Source of the DNA: Glycera tridactyla | Taxonomy: Eukaryota | DNA: 64,000 nt | Assembly (NCBI GenBank): GCA_965644265.1 | Contig: OZ286462.1 | Location: forward strand, 51,212,001-51,276,000 | Direction of reading: 5' to 3' | Shown: one piece after another, positions 52,320-62,022 of the stretch | How positions within the stretch are numbered: position 1 is the first letter of the stretch | How the letters are laid out: each line of letters starts with the position of its first letter | Position numbers and translations under genes: made by a program | The notes under the pieces: generated by a model | Databases searched by the model: none | Told to the model about the DNA's origin: nothing | What the model saw: the letters and a program-made list of their open reading frames with translations, nothing else

Positions 52320-53379
52320 TATTTTATATTAGTGGTAGTTTGTCCATCCAGGTGTAGGGTCTGCATAAGAGTCTACGAATTCAGAGAAATTCAGCATTTG
52401 CGCATGTATATATAGGTGAGTATCAAAGCCTGATGTCAAGATGGTTGCCATTCATCCCAGGAATATTCAATGCTTTGCCATCTATTCGATGTGAAATCCT
52501 ACCAGGGATATGTGCACGTTTTGTCATCACAGAAGCCAGTCTCTGATTGCACATCCAATCTTCATCTGATACAGGTTCAAGAGGCTGCTGATAGATGGCA
52601 GTATTATTCTGAGAAAGCATGGCTGATGCCTGCAGTCAAGAGTGATCTATCAACATATTGAAATTCTGAAAATCTCGTTCTCCGATGTGTCGATGATTGT
52701 GGAATTAGTCATGAAAAATGTGAATTCTGATTCAATCTCAAGATCATACAACTGAAACTCTTTTAAATGAACATTTACAAGTTATAGAAACATAAGGATG
52801 CTTCAGAGAATAGGTGGATTGGGAATAGAAAATTTGAGAGTTCAAATATTCATCTTAGCAAAATTGAATCATTGAGTGTTTCGGGTATTCCATGCAATTT
52901 ATACATAGAGTTTTTAGTCTCAGTTTAAGGGGGGGGGGGGGGGGGGCTAGGAACGGAGGTATGTGGCATTTAATGCCCTCAAAGTGGACTACTATGAATC
53001 AGCTTTCTGCCTTGTATATATTTTGTATGAGTAACTTCAGTTTGTCTGGCAGGGGCATTCATCGAGTCTGTAAATGTAGCGATTTTTCAGCACCATCCTT
53101 GAGTTGACTTTATTACCATCATTACTGAAGGTCAGTGAACGATAATTCTTGAAATGAGCTGATTGCAAGTTTCACTTTTTAATTTAGTACTTCATCCACA
53201 TGGGCTGGAGCAGGAAGCAGTTTTTGTATAAAGGGGTTAATTTTGAAATAGTGATGGATTACACATAAAAATGTCTTTGTTGTTTCCACTCTAAACATCT
53301 GAATGAATACCACGTAAAATATCAAGACACTGGCATGATTAGGACAGTCGGTTACATTGTGATATAACGAAATCGCGAA

Positions 53380-54140
53380 ATGTCGGCGCCGACAAAGTTG
53401 CATCAGGTTAGGATTGGCACAGTTTATCAGAAACTTAAACAAGTGAATTTGCATGTCTTTCTGTATGCAAGTCTTCTTATGCTGACTTATCTCAAAAAGG
53501 AGCAGAGCTTCCGGTGGTACAGCTTTGAGCTCCGTGAAAATCCCTCGACGATTGCAACAATACAATATTACGTCTGTTAGCATCTTAGTCGGCGAGCTTC
53601 ATTACTTTTCCTGTTCCGTGACTTCTTTTGGTTACGTAATACTAGTTGGAATTCTGAGCTCATTACAACTTACCAGGGAGTCGGCTTTGGAATATTACTT
53701 TAGTCACGCTATCATCTGAATCATGAGATCATTCCGAGCTTTTCGGAGTAAAAATTTGTTCAGACTTCGCAACTATAATTCCATCTCTAGCTCATCGCTA
53801 CCTTTACCTGCCATCAACTAATTATGCAGTATGTTTTCAATAATTAGTTTTCACACCTTGAAGACACTCAGAATCCGTTACAATTAAAATAATGATGGCA
53901 CAACCATGAGAATTGCCATCAGTATCGTTATATCTATTTTCGAGCGAACAACATGCAGACTCCATATTTCCAGCCACCTTTCCTACCGAAATTTTTAGAG
54001 AATTGGCCGATGTATTTGGGGTGTTCATGCAAATATATTCATTGCTGGTTGCTGTAGAATTATCAGTCATCCGAAGATTCAGTGGACACACTCTGGTGCC
54101 AAAGTTGGTCAAAACTGAAATCCCGAGGACTGATCTTTGA
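53380..54140 (+). pseudogene. possible decayed intronless rhodopsin-type GPCR
   Basis: Fragments across frameshifts appear in 7TM order: VRIGTVYQKLKQVNLHVFLYASLL (TM1-TM2-like), FSCSVTSFGYVILVGILSSLQLTRESALEYYFS (TM3 with ALERY-like end), IMRSFRAFGVKIC (TM4 start) and TMRIAISIVISIF (TM6-like). By-eye resemblance only. Confidence 0.3.
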
Positions 54141-55353
54141 AATACTGTAATGGGGCGATGCATGACGTTGGTTGGGACTCCATGGATACAGTTGGTCTTT
54201 TCACATAGCATGGATTTTTATTGGGCTGTGATGAGAGACTTCCTGACGAGAGACCACTCCAAAGTGAGACTGCTTTCTCATGGCAGTTTTTCTTATCACA
54301 GGTCCAACTATATTCAGTTATTCAAAGATGAATTAGGACCTTACATGATATTGACAACAGCCTAAGAAACTGTCAACATTCACAAGTAATTCCCATTTCT
54401 CAGTCAAGTTGTGAAGAAAGCTATGCTTGGCAGAGAATGTAACAAAATTTGACTGACTTGATGGTTGTACATTGACCTCCAATGAGAATGAACAACTGTA
54501 TTTCTTGAAACTTGATCCTGTTCTCTCTTTTCTTGCAACTCACTCATCCATGAATGTCGACAGGTTCATAAAGCAAGAGGTGAATATCCCTGGTCAACTG
54601 GCTTTCACTCATTCAGAAGTGTAGCAATGGTTTCATAATAAAGCACCCGGTGAGAAATATGAGCTGAAGAAAAATGGGAATATTTCTTCAGATCACTTCT
54701 GCTCCCCATAACAATCAGCCTGTTTTCATGCATATTTGAAAAGAACTGTCTGGCACATTATAGCTTCTTGAGCATGCTGATTTTTGTTACATTTTCCTGA
54801 ACCACAGACACACTTGTTAGATCTACATTTATGGTCATCACATGAGGAAATCAGAAACATGTGAAACCCTAGGGGAAATAAGTTTTCATTGTTATTAGTG
54901 ATGTTTGGGCAGCATATCCTGTTCAGTTGGATTGATTTGACTATGATGTTTTTTATTGTCACCATTATCCAACATTCATCAGATTTGAATGCAAAGTTTA
55001 TGTGAATATATATTCAATACATACCTGAGAAATAATTCAAAAAGGACACTTCAATTTGCTGAGAATAGTTGGGGTATAATCAAGCATTCTCCCATTAATG
55101 TATTCATTGACGCAAATAGACATAGGCAGTGGTTTGGTGGTTCATGCCCAACTTTAGGTGGGCCACTGACATGAAAAGAATACTGGCCGAATCTGACCAA
55201 CAAATTCTATTCATATTTGACATGAGACTATTTGGGAGGGCCGTCCATAAGGTGGGCTGGACCACAAACCTGCCAGATTTGGTGGTTCACTCAGGCCACC
55301 AAGCTGCCGAATCCCATTTGGAGCTCTGTACATAGCATTGATGGCAGAAATCT

Positions 55354-55519
55354 NNNNNNNNNNNNNNNNNNNNNNNNNNNNNNNNNNNNNNNNNNNNNNN
55401 NNNNNNNNNNNNNNNNNNNNNNNNNNNNNNNNNNNNNNNNNNNNNNNNNNNNNNNNNNNNNNNNNNNNNNNNNNNNNNNNNNNNNNNNNNNNNNNNNNNN
55501 NNNNNNNNNNNNNNNNNNN
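55354..55519. other. assembly gap (166 N)
   Basis: Run of N. Confidence 1.
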
Positions 55520-56257
55520 GGGCTTGAGGGGAGGGAGGATTTTGACAGTAACAAATGCAGTTTGGGGTATCATCTCCGCCATCGCAACCATCCATCATGG
55601 GGTTGTCATTCGAGTAACCAGCGGGCTCTGTTCTACCACTGAGCGATCTCTCGTAAGTTCGGGATTCACTATGCAAATGCAGGGCAAACCCAGAAGTTAT
55701 GGAGGATTGATGGTAGATGCGTATTAATCAAATGGGCCCTGGACACATCCAGTCAAGCCTTGTGGGTTTCGAAATGTCTGCTTCTCTCCAAACTGACAGG
55801 ATTGTTATTGAATGTCCCTTTCATCACTGCATTTGCCAAAATTGCAAGCCATATGTGTGAAGTAAAACCAGCACAATGTTGACTGCGAATCTGACATTCA
55901 AATGTTGAAAATACATAGAAATATACGTCACCGAAAACTGAATATGTCATTGTCAAAGATGAATGTTCTGTTGGGCAAAAATACCAAGATATCATTTAGT
56001 TGCCATTTTTCACCTTTTCTATTATCTTGATATATGGTTCGAAGGGATGTTAATTGAAAATAAACCATATGTTTGATATTGAAATGGATATCATGGTAGT
56101 CATGGGTGAAAATATCTGCCCATTTCGGTGATGGACACAATTTATTCACTCTTCATTATTCAAGGTTTTACGCTTGAATTTACAATGAATGGTACACACC
56201 CCACACATGCACACACAAACACAAGTGCGCATGTCAAATAGGGAAAAGCCTATATAG

Positions 56258-56318
56258 AGTGGTCTCCCATTAGAGGGTGGTCTCGCAAAACAGGGGTCTC
56301 CCAAGGCAGGTTTTACTG
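56258..56318. mobile_element. right-half MITE fragment (GGTCTC-type)
   Basis: Three GGTCTC units ending CAGGTTTTACTG-TA; no left end seen. Confidence 0.6.
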
Positions 56319-56792
56319 TATTCCATCAAGAATTCAACGGAGGAAAATCCAATATGGCTGACTTTAGGATGTGATTTTCTGCTGACCAGGCCCTCACAAG
56401 TGGAGATGACCCATGTCAGTCATCACTCAAATTCATGCAAGTCAGGGCCATAACTGAGTGCCAAGGTGATCAACACTGGTGACTGTGTAACATGTGAAAT
56501 GTAAATAAATTGACGGAATCCTGACAGGAAGTTGGCATTTTAGAGAGATTCATCCAGGTTACAGCGGCATACCTCAGTCATAGTTCACTAACAACACTGT
56601 GTTTGTTGGTTCAACTTAAAGTCTGATTCTTGGTTCAACACATCCTCTATTGTCATCTTTACATAGTGTATATGATAGTAGTCTTCACCCTTTGACACTG
56701 ACGTTCATTCTTGCTTCCCTTGCAGCTTCACATATTTCTGTCTTGTCAGTTCCAAAAATCCATGATTGATAGATTTTCTTTAAGCATCTGTT

Positions 56793-56813
56793 AAATCAAA
56801 TCAAACTTTATTT
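56793..56813 (-). mobile_element. L2/CR1-type 3' tail remnant
   Basis: Minus strand AAATAAAGTTTGATTTGATTT, i.e. AATAAA followed by a (TTTGA)n tail as seen in L2-group LINEs and SINEs. Confidence 0.45.
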
Positions 56814-56839
56814 ATACTCATAAAAATATTTTTTATTCA

Positions 56840-57318
56840 ATACGAAAGCCGTATACAAAAGCCGTATACAAGCGTTGGAGGAGAAAGTGGCTGAACAAGA
56901 TGCTATTATTCGAGAGTTGAAAACCCCGGAACAGATGCGATCAGCTGATCCACCCCAAAACATGGCAACACCTGAACAAACTGACAGTAAAGAAAACAAT
57001 TTGGTTTTCCGCGGCATCGCTGAAGGGTTAAACGATACACGAGTCATTACACGACTAGTCAATGAAGAACTTGATATACTAATGGCTCCATCTCAGATCG
57101 TTGCTACGACAAGAATGGGAAGAAACAACCCGGAAAATTGCAGGCCTTTGTTAGTGAAACTGGCCAGCAAGAATCTGCGAGACACCATTTATAACGAACG
57201 GATTGTGCTTCGACCAAAACTACCCTACGTTTTCATTCAAGAAGATCTTACACGTGAACAAGCTAGACTGGCCTACGCAGCTAGATTGAGGATGCGAAAA
57301 CGTATGATATATCAGCGA
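56840..57318 (+). mobile_element. non-LTR retrotransposon ORF1p fragment (coiled coil-RRM-CTD, L1/CR1/L2 'Transposase_22'-like), within ORF 56875-57393
   Basis: KENNLVFRGIAE, TRMGR, RPLLVKL and VFIQEDLTREQARL match the R.NNLIF.GIPE...RIG....RPILVKF...IFI.EDLT motifs of this ORF1 class. CpG-rich. Flanked by TTTTATTCA at 56831-56839 and 57319-57327. No ORF2 follows. Confidence 0.8.
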
Positions 57319-59241
57319 TTTTATTCAGGTCAGACACCATTGTCAGAAAATGGCAGAGTTTTAGCCAGACAATGCAGACATGTTTTGAAGTAGGTCAGAA
57401 AGGCTGCTGCGAGCAGTGGTATTCTTCCACCAGGCAGGCTGCTGATGCTGAAGGCTGGTAGGCTGGCCACATATTTTCAGTATCTAAGAATAACCATGAA
57501 TCCAGGCCAGCTTGCATAAGCTCGTTCTGCCTTGGTGTCGGCAGCCATCTTGGTTGCCATTATGTATGCTGGTGCAGGGCACGGAAGTGACCTGGTTTCA
57601 CTATTGACATCAGAGAATGTGACCTGGTTTCACAATCGACACCAGGGCAAGACTTATAAGGCCCTGGTTGCTAAGGAAGATGTGGTTACTAAGGGAAATC
57701 AGGTCACACTGTGTCAAAACCGGGTCACATAGGCCTCATTTCTAGGAATGAGCCTTTGCAGCTCCTTAGAAGGCTGGGCAAGCACTCGAGGTGAAGCATT
57801 CCATTCTATCTCAAGGATATATAACTGTGAGGGAAGGAATGAGAAGCAGAGATCTTCTGGGAGCCTACGAGGACGGTCGCTGCCGAGATAGGACGAACTT
57901 CAGCTTCTCAGTCCTTCCCACTGCATTCTTGTACCTGTTGGAAGAGGGAAGGAATAAAGGACTTCATTTAACCTGGACAACATCGTTGGTCATTCATGTT
58001 GGTGAGCCTGGGTGAACAAAAGTGAGCCTAGGTGAGCCAGCTCCAGCCTATGAAGAGTCGATCCTGTGAGCAATCCCCCGCTCTTATGTGTCTGAGATGT
58101 GTCTACTAGGTGCTACTAGGAGATCATAAGTACATTTACTAGCCCGGGTATCAACTGTCTGGGTGACTGCTCTACAATCCTTGCTCGTCATGAACACGCC
58201 TGTAAACCATCTTTGACATATGTGGTCGAGAACGAAGGTCTTTTCGAGCTGGTATTCGACTATGACTGTGCGATGTCCGTCTGCATGTGAGTCTGTGCAT
58301 TTCGACAAATTGGCGACGATTTTTCGCTGATTCACGGGAAGGCTGGGAAGCTGTGGCAGTCGATTAACCGCCAACGTGATTGAGAAATCGACGAGGACGT
58401 CATCTTGCGCTTGTGGGGAGCGCAGCAAAACCGTTGGGTCATCAGAAGGAGGGACGTTTTCGGCGAGAAAAAAAGATAGTCCATGGTGAATTCCGTACTG
58501 CCAGCGCGTGAAAAGTCATCAGGGAAGTGAAACCGTGTGAAGTAAGCGGCATCTACCGGCGAAAAAGTCATCTTTATTACCGGAGAGAGTGGTCTGGCCA
58601 AGCCCACGCAAGCTCATCAGGGGAATAGAGACCGTGAGGTGTAGCAAGTGAAACTGGTGGAGTAACAGTTGGCCTGCCAAACGAAGTGGACTTTGTACAG
58701 CCGAGGAATCAGACATGGATTGCATGGCTACTAACGTGAGTTGAAGAGTTTTTCTCGTAAAATTGCATTTTCGTACACGTCCCTACCACCTGATCTTCCT
58801 ATTTAGTCGGGATATATTCAGAAAAAGGATATTTATTTACTTGTGAGATGTGGTTGGATGTTTGATTGGCACCCAGACAATCCACATCCACCTTCATCTA
58901 ACAGTCTATATACTGAAATCGCCTATTCAATAGATTTTCACTCATTTGAAAGTTGCTAAGGCAAATTTCAGGTGGAATAAAGTCATTGAGAAGGGCAACA
59001 GTGCAAACTTTACCTAGTAGGGCCAAACACCTATTGTCAGTGGACAAAACACTGCAAATTGTCTAAAGAAGGGGAGAAATTCTGTTCATTTTTCGTGAAA
59101 GAGACTGTAAGAGGGAACTGTTAGCATACTAAACAGATTACTAACAGGTGTTTGTATCTGTAACTCCACCACCAACTGGCCAAGTTATCAGTGTGCAGCC
59201 TGGATAGATAGTAGCCCATAAAACATCTTCCCACTACCACC

Positions 59242-60312
59242 ATGTCATATCAGCAGCAGGCTGGTGGGCCTGGCCCAGATACACTTGCTGATGCACTTGG
59301 TAAATGTGACTTTGATAAAGGTGGTCCTGCTATGCAGGTACCCATGTTTGAACCAGGAAAAAGTGATGCTTTTGCTTGGTGGACTAAATTTGAGAACTAT
59401 TGTGATTATAGAAAAATGAAACCTGAAGTGGTTATGCCAATGGTACTTGGTGATTCAGCCATGATTTGGTGGGATTTTGTTGCTGAAAAAGATAAAAATC
59501 TAAAGCAAAAATTCCTCGCTGAATTTGGAGGCTTAGGAATTAAGCCATATGCTAAAATCAGTGAGTGGGAAAACCTCACTCAAGGGAATGAATCAACTGA
59601 CCAATTCATAAGGAAAGTGGTTGGTATGGGCAAAAGAGTATATGACAGGGCTACAATGGATGATTTCCATCCATCTGAAGAGAGCCAGATAATGACTAGA
59701 GTCATTAAAGGTGTCAGAGAGGGTGTGAGACGCATGATTCTCATGAGAGGTCCCACCAATCTCATGCAGCTGATGGAAGCTGCAAAAGACTCTAAGATGA
59801 TGGAAGGGTATGAAGAAGGTGTAATAGCAACCATCAATGCTAGAATGAATCGGCTGGATGCCAGACTTGATGGCAAAGTAGCTGCACCTGTCTTCCATCC
59901 TAAATCAACTCTTATTCACATAGGAGAGCCGGTCATGATGGCACAAAGCTCTGAGGATGATGATGATCACCATCATTATGATAATGATAATGATGATCAT
60001 GACGATAATGATGATGAGAGTAATGATGGTTATGATTGTAATGATGATGATGAGGAATCATATGTGATGGTTGGTATGATGAACCATATGTCACAAGTTA
60101 CCTGCTGGGATTGTGGCCTGGTGGGCCATTATTCTCCTCATTGTCCATTCAAAAACAGAGCTGTAGCAGGTCAAGTTGGTGGGTTGGCTAACACATTTTC
60201 GAATCAGAACCCCTTGGTAACAAACCAGACTGTTGCAGTTGTGTGTGTGTGGTGTGGAATTAATGGACATGCTCTGGCGGATTGCCCAAAACGTATATCT
60301 GCCAGAGAGTAA
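59242..60312 (+). CDS. Ty3/Gypsy-type Gag-like protein, 356 aa (capsid-like domain, acidic tract, two CCHC zinc knuckles), stand-alone
   Basis: LGDSAMIWWD (L.G.A..WW) and LTQGNESTDQFIRKV (MHR-like Q...ES...F...) are retrotransposon capsid motifs. CWDCGLVGHYSPHC and CVWCGINGHALADC are exact CX2CX4HX4C knuckles. Start context ACCACCATGT; no internal stops. Confidence 0.88.
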   Translation: MSYQQQAGGPGPDTLADALGKCDFDKGGPAMQVPMFEPGKSDAFAWWTKFENYCDYRKMKPEVVMPMVLGDSAMIWWDFVAEKDKNLKQKFLAEFGGLGIKPYAKISEWENLTQGNESTDQFIRKVVGMGKRVYDRATMDDFHPSEESQIMTRVIKGVREGVRRMILMRGPTNLMQLMEAAKDSKMMEGYEEGVIATINARMNRLDARLDGKVAAPVFHPKSTLIHIGEPVMMAQSSEDDDDHHHYDNDNDDHDDNDDESNDGYDCNDDDEESYVMVGMMNHMSQVTCWDCGLVGHYSPHCPFKNRAVAGQVGGLANTFSNQNPLVTNQTVAVVCVWCGINGHALADCPKRISARE

Positions 60313-60889
60313 CTTGTTCTGTGATCAACTCAGAGGTGTGAATGAACTGTGCCGAAAAATCACCTCACTGAGTCTTTTCAAGGTAATTGATGTAACACAG
60401 AACTCACTGCTAAACCTGCATTGAAATGAAAATGATATTAATATTTTACCGGTGCATGGTGATCATAATCATGATGATGATAATGATGATGACAATGTGG
60501 CCATACTCAAACTGTGCTGGTAACTTCTATCATGTAAAACAATCAGAGAAATCCTGTGAAAGTGCTGGTAAATTCACCAGTGCCTGTGTACACAATATAT
60601 ATCCCATGACTGAGTGTGTATAGCCTTGAGAGATTTTATTCTATCAAATATGTCAAGTTAAGGACATTGCTGACTGCATACTGGCAGTTAGCTGTGTGGT
60701 GGCAGGAAACTTACCTGTATTTCTTGTGCCCCGGCTCGACTATCTGCGATGGATGTAGCCATAAATCTCGAGCCAGGGACCGTTTCACTCGAGGTTGTAC
60801 CACTCACTGCTTCATTCATAGTTTGTGTACACAGAATCACATGATAGATGTCATGATATGAGCCTGTAACTATTTCACCAAGTACCTAC

Positions 60890-61490
60890 ATGTTTGTGAA
60901 ACTAGCAAATTCCATGAAAGAGGCGAATACTGAACCGCCCATCATGAAATTGGAACATATCATGTCAATCTGTAGATATCAAATAGTAGACTTGTCTGAC
61001 AGGAGGAAGGAGCTCTCAATGCTGCTCCCTCTCATTAAAAAGACAAATAAACTGATATTACAGTATCTACTCACCATTTTGATAAAGAAACTTTGCCATG
61101 ATAATATGCTAGGATTAGAATGTAGAGGAGAAGGTGTGTATGAACAGGAAGACCAGGGCGCATGATGGTCTAGCAAGATCATTATGCCAACCTACATAGG
61201 CTATTGATTGATCTATTAGAAGTTAATCATAGTATATTTGCGATATCTGCAGAAGCAGTTACACCAGGAGATGATGTTCGACATGAAATCGTACTTGATT
61301 TGAGAAGTAAGTTGTAAGAAGTCAGCCATATGGATTGAGTTTGAAATGAAACATGCATCAGGTGAAATAAAAATGATTGAAAATTGCTCTGAGGTGAATC
61401 ATAATGATTCTCCAGATGATGATATTGTCATGTTTGTGTTGACTCTAAGGCAGGGAGATGCTTGGGTCAAAGTCCATCAGCCAGCTACAT
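60890..61490 (+). pseudogene. possible decayed APE-type LINE endonuclease
   Basis: ANSM...KLEHIMSICRYQIVDLSD...RGEGV (ORF 60890-61165) and later SAIWIEF...QGD (61322-61490) loosely echo NARS..K..EL....DII.ISETW...RGGGV...LWVEI...GDFN. Weak. Confidence 0.25.
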
Positions 61491-62022
61491 AATGTTGATA
61501 AAAGACGAAAGTGGTCAAGTTGCTTACTCAAGGAGCATCTTGACAATCATCTCAGCTCAGCTGATAGGATGACAATATATCTATGAAATAGTCACAAACC
61601 AGAGAGCATTGCAGATGTTGAGTGAGTGAATAGTTTCCATTTTGGCCATGATGAGGGTACTTGTTAGTAAGTTTTAAGAATGGGTTCGGAATCTGCCAGT
61701 CGTGAAATTAAATTTAAGCAATTTGACTTCAGACATCTGGGTATTCACCTGTGAATAGGCTACAGGGGTGTATACTGAGTTGGAATAATTATCGCTGCTG
61801 AAGGGTCAGAATGATATCAGGCACATATCCCCAACTACAGAATGATTGCAGATCCGCCCAGGATAAATAAGTGAACCCATGTCTTGAAAACTAACGAGAA
61901 TGTTTGCATCCTGACTATTTCTATACAGAATTCGCTCAACTGGGCCAGTCATTGATGGCTGAGAGTGCTTTGTGGGAAATGAGAAAAATAAGTAGCGTAT
62001 TCTGTTTTTGTAAAATCACCTG

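Noticed and set aside
58900-61000. LTRs, PBS or PPT around the Gag ORF
   Set aside because: TGTAAC words occur (about 59159 and 60391) but no direct repeat pair, tRNA-complementary PBS or polypurine tract was evident by eye.
61400-61490. VLTLRQGDAWVKV as a C1q-domain C-terminal strand
   Set aside because: The upstream C1q motifs (F..P..G.Y.F) are absent and the GD-x-VWV spacing is off by one.
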